Source of the DNA: Candidatus Krumholzibacteriia bacterium
Lineage (GTDB): Bacteria > Krumholzibacteriota > Krumholzibacteriia > LZORAL124-64-63
Direction: 5' to 3'
Length of the DNA: 55,834 nt
NCBI GenBank assembly: GCA_036351155.1
Contig: JAZBOO010000284.1
Location: 1 to 55,834 of the forward strand
How positions within the stretch are numbered: the stretch's first letter is position 1; each line of letters opens with the position of its first letter. Positions 12,410-22,298 of this stretch are shown in pieces. A program made the position numbers and the translations under genes. The notes beneath the pieces were generated by a model that saw only the letters and a program-made list of their open reading frames with translations, searched no databases and was not told the DNA's origin.

Positions 12410-12496
12410 CCATCGCTCCTTCGCAGGGCCAAGTAACCGGGACAAACTCAGGCCCCAGCCTTCAGCATCCCGCTGAAAACAGCCTGATCCAGCGCT

Positions 12497-12524
12497 AACA
12501 TAGCATACGCCTAGGAAGTTTCAA
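12497..12524 (-). promoter_or_regulatory. Candidate sigma70 promoter of the amidase-hisS-aspS operon
   Basis: TTGAAA-N16-TATGTT with TG extension on the minus strand. Confidence 0.45.
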
Positions 12525-12552
12525 CGGGGAAAGCAGATGGACGGCAGCCCAC

Positions 12553-13497
12553 TCAGTTTCGACTGGCGTAGGAATCCAGAATGTAGGTGATGGGATTGAC
12601 AGAACGACCCTGCACCCGGATCTCGTAGTGCAGATGGGGAGCCGTGGAACGGCCCGAGTTTCCGGACTTGGCAATGACCTGCCCGCGCTCCACCATGGCG
12701 CCCTTCTTGACCAGGATCCGGTCCAGGTGGGCGTACACGGTCATGACATCATTCCCGTGGTCGACCTTGACCACCTTGCCCAGTCCGCGTTGCTGCTGGA
12801 CCGCCACGACCTTGCCCGTGCCGGTGACCCGGACATCGGTCCCGGCGGGAACCGAGAAATCGAGCCCCCGGTGAAAGGTCTGCTTGCCGGTGAAAGGATC
12901 GTTGCGGAAACCGAATCGCGAGCTGAGCCAGCCGGTGTCGGTGGGACGGATGGAAGGAATCTTGGCCCGCATGCTCTCCCGGGCTCCCAGGGTATCCAGG
13001 ATGGCCTGATAACCCTGGCGCTGAATCCGAGCCTGGCGCAGGAGCTGCCCCAGTTCCTCGTCCAGTCCGTCGAAACTGGCAGCAGGAGGTAGGTGGCTGT
13101 CCAGACCGGGCACCTCGGCCCCGGCCAGCATGAGATCGCCACGCCCCCCCACGCCGGCGGCGAAAACCTCGGCATCCAGGGGCTCCAGGTTGACCGCGCT
13201 GGCCACCAGGCTCTGGACGTCATAGACCAGGGAAACCTCGTCCTTCAATCCCTCGATCTGGTTTTCCAGACCATGGACCCGGTTATTCAAGGCCAGGTTT
13301 TCCTTCTGCAGCCGGGACCCACCGGGCAACCACCCGTTCCCGAAATGCAACCCCAGGCCATACAGCACGCCAACCCCGACCAGAAGGCACATCACGCCCA
13401 CACCCGTCAGAATACCCCAGCGGGAAACCTTGACCGTACGGGTCGGACCGTGATCTTCGGGCATGTAGAGGAAGGTGTAGGCTTTTTTCAGCTTCAT
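12553..13497 (-). CDS. M23 family metallopeptidase with TM and coiled coil
   Basis: SSRFGFRNDPF, HRGLD, YAHL and GRSTAPHLHYE; start 13497 or 13533. Confidence 0.93.
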   Translation of the reverse strand: MKLKKAYTFLYMPEDHGPTRTVKVSRWGILTGVGVMCLLVGVGVLYGLGLHFGNGWLPGGSRLQKENLALNNRVHGLENQIEGLKDEVSLVYDVQSLVASAVNLEPLDAEVFAAGVGGRGDLMLAGAEVPGLDSHLPPAASFDGLDEELGQLLRQARIQRQGYQAILDTLGARESMRAKIPSIRPTDTGWLSSRFGFRNDPFTGKQTFHRGLDFSVPAGTDVRVTGTGKVVAVQQQRGLGKVVKVDHGNDVMTVYAHLDRILVKKGAMVERGQVIAKSGNSGRSTAPHLHYEIRVQGRSVNPITYILDSYASRN

Positions 13498-13556
13498 GTA
13501 CCTGACCAGGGAAAAAACATCGGAAAACGGCACTTTTGCGGGTTATGGACCTCGCA

Positions 13557-13584
13557 AAAATACCCCAGGGGCGGTGGTTGTCAA
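13557..13584 (-). promoter_or_regulatory. Candidate sigma70 promoter of the M23 gene
   Basis: TTGACA-N16-TATTTT on the minus strand. Confidence 0.45.
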
Positions 13585-13695
13585 CAATGAAACCCTGACC
13601 AGAGGGTCCCATTGACCACAACCGACGCACCCGGGGCACAGCAAATTGCGGGCCAGAAGGAACAACGTGACCTTCAAAGAAAGGCCACGCCCCTT

Positions 13696-14550
13696 CTAGT
13701 AATAGTCGTACAACATGGCCCGGCTCTTTGAATTCCGGATCTTGACCAGGGCCTTTTCCTTGATCTGCCGGATCCGTTCCCGGGTCAAGCCCATGCGCTC
13801 GCCGATCACCTGCAAGGTCTGGGCATCTTCGTAGCTGAGCCCGAAGTACTGGATGATGATCTGGGCTTCCCGCGCGGTCAGAACCGCCAGGCATTTCCGC
13901 ACGTCTTCACGCAGGCCGCGCTGGAGCACGTCGAAATCGGGCGGCGCGGAGTTGGTGTCCTCCAGGACCTCGGACAGGGGACGCTCGCCTCCGGACATGC
14001 CTTCGTCTTCCAGCGCCATCTCGGTGCGGTCCGAGCGCAGGGCGTGGATCACGTCGGCAACATCCAGATCCAGCCGTTCGGCAATCTGGTCGGGTCCCGG
14101 GCTGGGAATGCCTTCGTTCTGCAACAAGGACCGCGTACGACCGATCTTGATCAGCAGGGCGGTCTGATTCTGGGGCAGACGAATGGTCCGGCTCTTGTCG
14201 AGCAAGGCCTGCATGATCGACTGCCGGATCCACCACACGGCATAGGAGATGAAGCGGTACCCCCGTTCCTCGTCGAAGCGGCGGGCGGCTTTCAGCAGGC
14301 CCAGGTTGCCCTCGTTGATCAGGTCAGACAACATAAGACCTTGATTTATATAACGCTTAGCAACAGAGACCACGAAGCGCAGGTTGGCGCGCACCAGGGT
14401 CTGCAGGGCTTCTTCGTCGCCCTCGCGGATCTTGATGGCCAGCGCGACTTCGTCCTCGCGGCTGATCAGCTCATAGCGGTTGATGTCACGGAAATAGACC
14501 TCCAGGCCCTTTTCGTGCATCGCGGGCAAAATATTCTTGCGGCCAGCCAT
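13696..14550 (-). CDS. RpoD/SigA-family sigma factor lacking region 1.1
   Basis: ANLRFVVSVAKRY, DLINEGNLGL, FISYAVWWIRQ and TRERIRQI; 284 aa. Confidence 0.93.
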   Translation of the reverse strand: MAGRKNILPAMHEKGLEVYFRDINRYELISREDEVALAIKIREGDEEALQTLVRANLRFVVSVAKRYINQGLMLSDLINEGNLGLLKAARRFDEERGYRFISYAVWWIRQSIMQALLDKSRTIRLPQNQTALLIKIGRTRSLLQNEGIPSPGPDQIAERLDLDVADVIHALRSDRTEMALEDEGMSGGERPLSEVLEDTNSAPPDFDVLQRGLREDVRKCLAVLTAREAQIIIQYFGLSYEDAQTLQVIGERMGLTRERIRQIKEKALVKIRNSKSRAMLYDYY

Positions 14551-14580
14551 TGGATTCCTCCATGCCAGCGTGGGGCTTGA

Positions 14581-16104
14581 TCAATTCTCGACCCCGCGTA
14601 CGCGGGGGGTGACCGTGACGTAGCTTTCCGTGCCCCCTGTCTTCAACAGGATGGACAGGGGATCTCGACGGGCAGCCATCAGATCCCGGACCTGGCCGAA
14701 AGACTCCAGATCCGTGATCTCGTGGCCGTCCACGGAAATCAACACGTCACCCGGGCGGATACCGGCTTCCGCTGCGGGTTGGTCTTCTTGCACGCCGACC
14801 ACCATCACTCCGGTGGCCGCCGTGACTCCCAGGACCTCCTTGAGCCGGGCGACCCGCGGGTCACCATCGGCCAGGGAGGCCACATCCATACCGAGCCACA
14901 GTCCCGCAACCTGTGCGGACACACCGGGCTCGTTTTCTATCCACTCCACCGGACGGACACGCAAACCTTCGCGCTGACCGTTCCGGATAATAGCCACTTC
15001 GACCTCCTGGCCAGGCGACACGCCCGCCACCAGGAATTGCAATTTGCGCCGGGAATCCACTTCCTGCCCGGCAAAGTCCACGATGATGTCGCCGGGCAAC
15101 AACCCTCCGGCGGCGGCCGGCGAGTCGGGCAGAACGGACAGCACCCGGGCCCCCTGGTCGGGTTCCCCGGTGGTTTCCTCGCCCACGATCTGCACGATGT
15201 CCTCGGTGGTGGCGCCCAGGTAACCGCGGATCACCCGTCCATGCTCCTTCAGTTGCCCGTACACCGACTGCACCAGGTTGCTGGGCACGGCGAACCCGAT
15301 GCCCTGTCCTTGCGCATTGATGGCCGTGTTGATCCCGATGACCCGGCCCTGGGTATCCACCAGGGGACCGCCGCTGTTGCCGAAGTTGATGGAGGCATCG
15401 GTCTGAATGAAGTCCTGATAGCGGGGCGACTGCCCACCGATCTGCAGATCGCCACGGCCCTTGGCGCTCACCACACCCACCGTCAGTGAGCTTTCCAGGG
15501 TGCCGAAGGGGTTGCCCACGGCCACGGCCCAGGACCCCACCTGAACCAGGTCGGAATCGGCAAAGCGCAGGGGCTCGAGATCGCGCCCCCGGGGATCGAT
15601 ACTGATCAACGCCAGGTCGGTGTTCGGGTCGGTGCCCACCAGCTTGGCCCGGTATTCCCGTTTTTCGCCGCTGAAGCGGACGAAGATGGCCTCGGCCTGG
15701 TCGATGACATGATTGTTGGTCAGGATATCACCGGAATCGGACACGATGAATCCGGATCCGGTGGAAGGCATTTCGAAGCGTCCGCCCTTGCCCTCTTCCT
15801 GGGGGAAGAACTGGTCGAACATTTCCTGCAGAGGGCTGGTGCCCACCCCGGCCTGGGTCACCGAACGGGTGATCCGGATGTTGACCACCGAAGGCCGCAC
15901 AATGCGGCTGACGTCGATGAAGGGCGAGGCATCGGGGGCAGCCACGGCCGGGCGGGTGCCGACCGTCAGAGCCGCGAGGCCCAGGAGCAGCAGCAGGGAA
16001 ACCACAAACAAAAGACGCGTCCATCGGCTGCTCTGGTCAGTCCTGACCTGAACAACGGATACACCGCGCCTGCGCATAGTTTGGTTTTTCTGGTGCAGCT
16101 TCAC
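14581..16104 (-). CDS. Do/DegQ (HtrA) family serine endoprotease with two PDZ domains
   Basis: Catalytic motifs TNNHV, DLAL and INFGNSGGPL. The start lies downstream of the promoter at 16213-16241 (GTG 16104 or ATG 16077). Confidence 0.92.
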   Translation of the reverse strand: MKLHQKNQTMRRRGVSVVQVRTDQSSRWTRLLFVVSLLLLLGLAALTVGTRPAVAAPDASPFIDVSRIVRPSVVNIRITRSVTQAGVGTSPLQEMFDQFFPQEEGKGGRFEMPSTGSGFIVSDSGDILTNNHVIDQAEAIFVRFSGEKREYRAKLVGTDPNTDLALISIDPRGRDLEPLRFADSDLVQVGSWAVAVGNPFGTLESSLTVGVVSAKGRGDLQIGGQSPRYQDFIQTDASINFGNSGGPLVDTQGRVIGINTAINAQGQGIGFAVPSNLVQSVYGQLKEHGRVIRGYLGATTEDIVQIVGEETTGEPDQGARVLSVLPDSPAAAGGLLPGDIIVDFAGQEVDSRRKLQFLVAGVSPGQEVEVAIIRNGQREGLRVRPVEWIENEPGVSAQVAGLWLGMDVASLADGDPRVARLKEVLGVTAATGVMVVGVQEDQPAAEAGIRPGDVLISVDGHEITDLESFGQVRDLMAARRDPLSILLKTGGTESYVTVTPRVRGVEN

Positions 16105-16212
16105 GTTTTCACCGTCCAGCGAGATGGATTTCGGTGAAGGAGTGAGCCGCTTCCCGGGAATCCACGTGATGGGGATCAAGAGGAATCCCGAGGCATTACA
16201 GGGAACAGCTAA

Positions 16213-16241
16213 ATCGTACTCCCAATGAGAACCTTTGTCAA
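16213..16241 (-). promoter_or_regulatory. sigma70 promoter of the htrA-sigma operon
   Basis: TTGACA-N17-TACGAT on the minus strand. Confidence 0.7.
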
Positions 16242-16298
16242 CAGACAATGGCGGACAAAAATTGCCCGCCATTATGCGGCCGGATCCGCAGAAAAGGT

Positions 16299-16817
16299 TC
16301 AGTCCCGGGTTGTTTCACCCTCGGGCGGGGTGTCCTCCGCAGGTTCCACCAGGATGGCCGATGCGTCCTGTCCCTTCTCCAGGGCGGGATCCTTGATCAG
16401 GATTTCGGGAGCCTCATCCTGCGCTGTGTGGTCCCCTGCGGACGCGTCTTCGGGATCGGCCGCCTCGAAATCTCCGCCAGCTGCGGCGCCGCCGGCTGCC
16501 GCCTCGGCAGCCTTGCGCTCGCGGTGCTCCTTCTGGATGCTCTCGATCTCGGCTTCCTTCTTCTTCAGTTCCTGCTCCAGAGCCTCGATGCGGGACATCA
16601 AGACCGAAACAGCCGGATCTTCCAGGATCTGATCCTTCCCGTCCTTGATTCCGGTGTACACCAGATTGCCCAGTTCGCTGAACTGGCGCTCGATATCCCG
16701 ACTGATGCCGAACTTGTCCCAGCGCCGTGTCCCCACCTTGGCAATCTCGGTGGTCTTGTCAGAGGTGACCGAGTAGATATCGACCACATTTTTTTTGACC
16801 TCGTCCCACAATGACAT
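16299..16817 (-). CDS. Hypothetical coiled-coil protein with acidic disordered tail
   Basis: AAGGAGG upstream of ATG 16817; helical K/E-rich N-terminus and A/E/D/P-rich tail. Confidence 0.75.
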   Translation of the reverse strand: MSLWDEVKKNVVDIYSVTSDKTTEIAKVGTRRWDKFGISRDIERQFSELGNLVYTGIKDGKDQILEDPAVSVLMSRIEALEQELKKKEAEIESIQKEHRERKAAEAAAGGAAAGGDFEAADPEDASAGDHTAQDEAPEILIKDPALEKGQDASAILVEPAEDTPPEGETTRD

Positions 16818-16907
16818 TTTGACGTCCTCCTTGGGGTCCCCGCGGTTGATCCACGGAGCAGGTAATACCGCTTGCGGCAAGCAGTTTGTTGCGTCACATT
16901 AGGAGCC

Positions 16908-17666
16908 ATGTCAAACTCGCAAACACAGCCCAGTGCCCTCTTTGTGGCCGATTCCCACTTCCACCTGCATCCCGACGCAGCGGAGATCCGCCGGGTCGAG
17001 CGCTTCTGTGAGCTGATGGATCTGGCCTGCACGGCAGACCACCTGATCCTGCTGGGCGACATTTTTGACTTCTGGTTCGACTACCCCCACTTCAGGCTGC
17101 GGGGGTATGAAACCATCCTCCAGGCTCTGGACCGGGTCCGAACGGCCGGCACCCACATCCATTTCATCGGCGGCAATCACGACATCTGGGCCGCCGGCTA
17201 CATGCACGAGCGCTACGGTTGCGCCCCCGAGGCGGAACCCCGGATCCTGCACCTGGGTTCCCGCCGGATCATGTTGAACCACGGCGACGGCCTGCTCGGG
17301 TACGACTGGGTTTACAATACCTTCAGGACCATGGTACGCACAAGGCTGGGGATTGTTCTGGCCAAATCACTGCACCCGGAGATCCTGTACGGATTCAGTG
17401 AATGGCTCAGCGGCACCAGCCGGGGCGCCACCAGGGATGAGGCCCACGAGATCGAGGCCAAGGGCCTGGCCTGGCTCCAGGAGAACCATTCCCCCGACTG
17501 GGATCTGCTGGTCATGGGCCACGTTCACCACGCCTTCACCGCCGAACACGAAGGCAAGTCCCTGACCGCCCTGGCCGGCTGGTTCGACACCCTGGGCTAC
17601 GCAATCTGGCAGGACGGGCAGTTCCAGTTGCGGGATTTCGATCGGGATCCCTTGCCCCAGTTCTGA
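16908..17666 (+). CDS. lpxH: UDP-2,3-diacylglucosamine diphosphatase (LpxH-like metallophosphoesterase)
   Basis: ADSHF, LLGDIFDFW, GGNHD, NHGDG and MGHVH; AGGAG RBS. Confidence 0.8.
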   Translation: MSNSQTQPSALFVADSHFHLHPDAAEIRRVERFCELMDLACTADHLILLGDIFDFWFDYPHFRLRGYETILQALDRVRTAGTHIHFIGGNHDIWAAGYMHERYGCAPEAEPRILHLGSRRIMLNHGDGLLGYDWVYNTFRTMVRTRLGIVLAKSLHPEILYGFSEWLSGTSRGATRDEAHEIEAKGLAWLQENHSPDWDLLVMGHVHHAFTAEHEGKSLTALAGWFDTLGYAIWQDGQFQLRDFDRDPLPQF

Positions 17667-17692
17667 AAAACGGGCCGGTAACCCGGCCCGTT
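17666..17692 (-). terminator. Intrinsic terminator between convergent lpxH and porV
   Basis: AACGGGCCGG-TAAC-CCGGCCCGTT hairpin; U-run on the minus strand. Confidence 0.75.
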
Positions 17693-17722
17693 CCTCCACC
17701 GCCTTGTTTTCCGAGCCGTGAC

Positions 17723-18664
17723 TTACCAGACCATGGACAAGCTGAACTTGTGGCCGTCGTCGAACCCGTCGACCTTGGAGTTCTGGTACGCGTAGTCCAG
17801 AGCCATGTTGGGCAGGGGCTTGAAGCCCGCACCGGCCGTCCAGCCCAGCAGGTCGTAGTTGACCCGGGTGCCGCCGCGCAAGGTCAGTTCCGGCAGCAGC
17901 TCCAGTTCGGCTCCGAAGTGGCCCTTTTCCTTGGTGTCGTTGGGGAACGAGATATCGCCGGCCACGGTCAAACGGCCCATGAGTCCCTCACCCACCGGAC
18001 TGTAGGACGCCCCCACCCGGTAGGCCGTGGGCATGGGATAGGGCACGGTGTACAGGTTCATGTCGGAGCCCATGTTGGTGGCCGAGGCCCCGAAGGTCAG
18101 TCCTTCGATCATGGCCTGGTGGCTCAGAAAAAAGTCGAAGGCCAGGCCCGTGTCGGAGTAGATGTCGATCTCGGAATGGATCATCTTGGCCGTCAGACCC
18201 ACCCCGAGGCGCTCACCAATGGCTCGGGCGTAGGACAGGCCGAAGCTGATGTCGTAGGGTTTGAAGGTGCCCTCCACCAGCCCCACGTTCTCTTCACTGC
18301 GCCGGTCAATGGAATCCCAGTAGAGGCCCGAGAACATGAATCCCACCACACCCCCGGCCATCCGGTGGGCCACAGCGGCGGCTTCCTGGTTGGCCGCGCC
18401 CAGGTACCGGTGGTGCTGAAGCACCAGATCGGTCTGGAAATCGGCAAACACGTTGTTGGCCGGGTTCCAGTACAGGGCCGACGCCCCCTGGCTGCTGGCC
18501 ACACCGGCCTCGCCCATGGCGGCTTCCCTTGCCCCCACGCCCAGCCTCAGGAACAGTCCGCCCGACTCGCCGGGACTTCCGGCCCAGGCCGGCACCGAGG
18601 CCAGCACGGTGATCAGGGCCGCGACCAGAAAGATCACTTGGGTATTTTTGCTCAGGCGACGCAT
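17723..18664 (-). CDS. PorV/PorQ family outer-membrane beta-barrel
   Basis: Signal peptide, FLRLGVGAREAAMGEA, ALYWNPA, LDYAY and a C-terminal aromatic residue (W). Confidence 0.85.
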   Translation of the reverse strand: MRRLSKNTQVIFLVAALITVLASVPAWAGSPGESGGLFLRLGVGAREAAMGEAGVASSQGASALYWNPANNVFADFQTDLVLQHHRYLGAANQEAAAVAHRMAGGVVGFMFSGLYWDSIDRRSEENVGLVEGTFKPYDISFGLSYARAIGERLGVGLTAKMIHSEIDIYSDTGLAFDFFLSHQAMIEGLTFGASATNMGSDMNLYTVPYPMPTAYRVGASYSPVGEGLMGRLTVAGDISFPNDTKEKGHFGAELELLPELTLRGGTRVNYDLLGWTAGAGFKPLPNMALDYAYQNSKVDGFDDGHKFSLSMVW

Positions 18665-18759
18665 GGAATCCCTTTCTTCATTGTCCGGTTTGGGCCCCAC
18701 CTCACAGGTGTGGCCCGCTTCAATATGGTTGCGGCATGGCCGGCGGGTAAAGGTGAACT

Positions 18760-21700
18760 TTACCGAACCACCGCCACGCTGATCACGCTGTGGTCGGTGG
18801 CGCCATCGTCGCCCACCAGGGTCAGGCGACAGAAGTACATGCCCGACACGGCCCGGTCCAGATCCAGGCTGATGGAAAACGGTTCCCGAGCCGAGACCGG
18901 CTGCCAGGCGCTGCTCTCGACCAGTTCCCCGCCCAGATTATAGATTTCGGCCCGAGCCCTCCCGGTGCTCCGCGCGCTGGCCCGCACCTGAAGGGGGCCG
19001 CTGAGCAGAGGGCTGGGATAACAGATGTGACTGCCGGAAACCAGACCGGAGCCGCGAGCCGCCGAGGGGTAAGCCGGCCAGGCCGCCCGATCCCAGTTGC
19101 CGTTGTGCCACGGCGAGGCGCCCCACATGGGCCAGGGCGCGCCGGGTTCGGCCACCGCGGACCACAGGCTCAGGGTCGACACCGTGCGGGTGGTCAGCTG
19201 CGCCCCTTCGTCGTCCAGCCCGGAAATACGGTCGAAGGTTCCTGCGGCCACGAGATCCAGGGCTTCCCCGTCCAGGAAATGCCCCAGTGCCGGCGATCCC
19301 GCCGACTCACCCGGCCCGGCCAGAGGCCAGCCGGTCAGGTCCTCGCCCCGCGTCCCCAGACCGAAAATTCGGCCATCCCGCACCGGGAAGAGATACTGGG
19401 AAAGCGGCAGATCCGCATCGGTCAAGGTGCAAACCAGCGGCGCGCTGCCCCAGAGGCTCGGCGCCATGTCCTGACGCGGCCGCACGGGCCAGCCGTCCAG
19501 CCACTCCCCGTTGTGCCCTGCGCGGCCCAGAATCCCATCGCCCACCAGGGCTCCCCCGGCGCTCAGGCCGGTCACCGGGAGCACGCGCTCGTCCCAGGTC
19601 AAGCCAGACAGGATCCGCTCGAATTCACTGTTGAAGACCACGGTTTCGCCCCGACCCATTTCATCCAGGACGACCACGAAGCGCAGCGAGGATTCCGGAT
19701 CCGCATCGCCCACCAGCCCCGTCACCACGGGCCAGGGGCCGGGCACACGGTCCAGGCTGAACCGGGTGCGGTCGGGGTTCTCGGGAATGCTGACCACGAA
19801 GGGGTTGATGGCACGAAGGTGGTGCTCGCCACTGACCGTATCGGCCACCGCCAGCAACATCTGGCCCCAGGCAAAAACGGGCGGAGCGGTGACCCGTACC
19901 GCACCCAGCAAGGCGCTTCCGTGCAGGGTGGGCGTTTGGCCCCGGACCAGACTCAGCAGGGTGCTGTCTCCCTGCTCGCTGATGGTGCAGATCCAGGCAG
20001 GCTCCTGGGCCGAGTACATGCTGTCCGCTTCCACCGGTCGCAGCACCGCGGGCAACAGACAGCCACTCAACGGGTGATACAACCCGAAACTCGAGGCCGA
20101 AAACTCCGCCACCGGAGATCCGTCGTGGTTGAAGGCATAGATGCCGTCGGGGGAGGTGAGCACGATCTCGGCTTCAGGATCATCGTCGATGTTCCCCACC
20201 GCCGGCGGCAGGTTCCAGACCACAGGTTCATCCTGGTAGGTCCCCAGGGCAAAGGGCGCGAAGGTTTCCGGATCGCTGTCGTGATCAAGGAATTCGTCCA
20301 GTCGCCCGTTGAACACCAGCAACTCGCCCGCGTGTCCAGCGGCGATGATTTCCTCGAAGCCGTCCCCGTCCAGGTCGGCCGCCACCAGGTGGCTGCCTCG
20401 CAGATCCAGGCCCTCGGGCAACTGGCGGGAGGCCACAAGCTCGGGCCCTCCCAGCTCGGCCGGCTGTCGGCTGAGCGTGAAGTGCAGGGTGTCGGCATAG
20501 GCCAATCCCATGAGGGTGTCGGGAGGACTCACGCTATTGTCGATCGCCACGATGTAGGCGGCAGAGTCCTGCACCACATTGCTGAAACCGGCGAAGGTGA
20601 TTCCGGTGAAGGCCCCGCCGGCCGACTCGCTGCCGGGACTGGTGAAGGGACCGAAACGGTCATTGTCCTCGCCCCGGAAGCTGTCGTCATCGCCTCCCAG
20701 CTGGAAGGCCGAAGGCACGCGTGAGTCCAGGTCCTGGATGCCGTCGGCTTCCTCCAGGTCCACCGACTTCCGCAACGGATTCGCATTGAACAGATTGCTG
20801 GGCCGGTCGAAAGAATCCAGAATGACGCCCTCATCGATGTGCCACAGATAGACACCGCTGCCCGCCCCCTTGTCCCGGGGACCGCGGGCGCTGTTCTCGC
20901 TCATGAAGAAGTCCCACTCGCTGCCGGCCAGGCGTTCGCGCGTGTCGGTGGCCGGATCGAAGAAGCTGGTGGGTGTGCCGTCGCCAAACTCGGAGTCGGC
21001 ATCGAAGAAATCGGGAATGTTGTTGCCGTTCAGGTCGCCCGGATGAGTGAACCTCCGGTTGCCGTCGGGGTCCTGCAGACGATAGGCCGCCAGATAATAT
21101 TCCTGGCCGGAAATATCCACGCGCAGGGCCGCCTCGGGATCGGCCGTGTTTTCACAGGGGGTCAGAAACAGCTCCTGGGCAGGTCCGGCCACCGCCTCGA
21201 CCGGGTCCAGCCAGCCCATGAGGTACTTGTTGAAGGCGCAGGGATGAGGCGGAATGTACCCCAGGCCAACGAACAGCCCGTAGCCCATCAGACCGAACTC
21301 GCCGATGCCCTGACTGTCCGGGCGCCCCGCGGGCGTGAAATCGGACAGGGACAGCATCCCCAGCCGCAGCCCCACCTCGAAGCAGTAAACGCCCAGGCTG
21401 CCGAAATAACCCCCGAAACCGTCCACCAGATCCTGGTACTCGGTCTCCGGCAGGACCAGCACATGATCCAGTCCCTCGCCCTCGGGGAAATCGTCCGTGG
21501 TCAGGAAGGGCACGGTCAGCTGAGAGTCCTCGACCGCCGACTGAAAATCGTCGGGATCCAGGTAGGTGCTGTATATCTGTTCCGGGGAATCGCCCAGGAT
21601 GTCGGTTTCCTCACCCGCACCGGCATGCACCAGCAGCACGGTGTCGTACAGCGAAAAATCCACGCGGTCATCCAGGAAAGCCACCACTTCCTCGGCCATG

Positions 21701-22218
21701 ACCAGGGGTTGCTCCCCTTCGCTGGGATGATTGCCATAGTAAGCCATGGGGTTGGGCAGATTCACAACTTCGGGCACGATGGTGTAGTTGAAGCTGAAGG
21801 CGCCCCCGCTGACATCGGCGTAGTAGTCGGCCACATCGCGCAGCAGGTGATCGAAGAAAACCGAATCATGCGCGGCATAGTAGATCTCGGTCTGCTGAGG
21901 CGGGGGAAAATCGCCGGGGACCATTCCATAACGCCCGAGCATGAGGCTGTCGCTGAAGTCACACATCAGCAACACGGCTTCGATGGTGGCCGGAGCTTTC
22001 TCGCCGCGCAGACGGCGCGCCTGTAAACCGGCCGAGCCATCGTTGCGCAACGTGAGAGTGCGGGCATCCAGCTGGTCCTGGAGAACCGGGGACAGAGCCT
22101 TGCTTGGCCAGGAAAAACCTGGGTCCTGGACGGGAGACTGCGCCAGCCCCTTCGCTCCGAGGGGAAAGGCCAGGACCAGGATCAAATTCAGAAGGAAAAG
22201 GAAGCGCCGGTTATTCAT
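18760..22218 (-). CDS. Exported immune inhibitor A (M6)-like protein with FG-GAP repeats and T9SS-like C-terminal domain; zinc site degenerate
   Basis: Signal peptide; YYADVSGG, LVHAGAGEE, GIGEFGLMGYG, HPCAFNKYLMGW, YLWHIDE and VDLEEADG; FG-GAP-like ADLDGDGFEEII; CTD-like YPSP...EIYNLGGELV...SGMYFCRL. Confidence 0.82.
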   Translation of the reverse strand: MNNRRFLFLLNLILVLAFPLGAKGLAQSPVQDPGFSWPSKALSPVLQDQLDARTLTLRNDGSAGLQARRLRGEKAPATIEAVLLMCDFSDSLMLGRYGMVPGDFPPPQQTEIYYAAHDSVFFDHLLRDVADYYADVSGGAFSFNYTIVPEVVNLPNPMAYYGNHPSEGEQPLVMAEEVVAFLDDRVDFSLYDTVLLVHAGAGEETDILGDSPEQIYSTYLDPDDFQSAVEDSQLTVPFLTTDDFPEGEGLDHVLVLPETEYQDLVDGFGGYFGSLGVYCFEVGLRLGMLSLSDFTPAGRPDSQGIGEFGLMGYGLFVGLGYIPPHPCAFNKYLMGWLDPVEAVAGPAQELFLTPCENTADPEAALRVDISGQEYYLAAYRLQDPDGNRRFTHPGDLNGNNIPDFFDADSEFGDGTPTSFFDPATDTRERLAGSEWDFFMSENSARGPRDKGAGSGVYLWHIDEGVILDSFDRPSNLFNANPLRKSVDLEEADGIQDLDSRVPSAFQLGGDDDSFRGEDNDRFGPFTSPGSESAGGAFTGITFAGFSNVVQDSAAYIVAIDNSVSPPDTLMGLAYADTLHFTLSRQPAELGGPELVASRQLPEGLDLRGSHLVAADLDGDGFEEIIAAGHAGELLVFNGRLDEFLDHDSDPETFAPFALGTYQDEPVVWNLPPAVGNIDDDPEAEIVLTSPDGIYAFNHDGSPVAEFSASSFGLYHPLSGCLLPAVLRPVEADSMYSAQEPAWICTISEQGDSTLLSLVRGQTPTLHGSALLGAVRVTAPPVFAWGQMLLAVADTVSGEHHLRAINPFVVSIPENPDRTRFSLDRVPGPWPVVTGLVGDADPESSLRFVVVLDEMGRGETVVFNSEFERILSGLTWDERVLPVTGLSAGGALVGDGILGRAGHNGEWLDGWPVRPRQDMAPSLWGSAPLVCTLTDADLPLSQYLFPVRDGRIFGLGTRGEDLTGWPLAGPGESAGSPALGHFLDGEALDLVAAGTFDRISGLDDEGAQLTTRTVSTLSLWSAVAEPGAPWPMWGASPWHNGNWDRAAWPAYPSAARGSGLVSGSHICYPSPLLSGPLQVRASARSTGRARAEIYNLGGELVESSAWQPVSAREPFSISLDLDRAVSGMYFCRLTLVGDDGATDHSVISVAVVR

Positions 22219-22298
22219 GGACTGCCAATCATGCTGGACGTTGAGGGCGAAGCGCTGGATTGCTTCGAGACATTTCAGAAGCCACGGGATCGCCGGGC

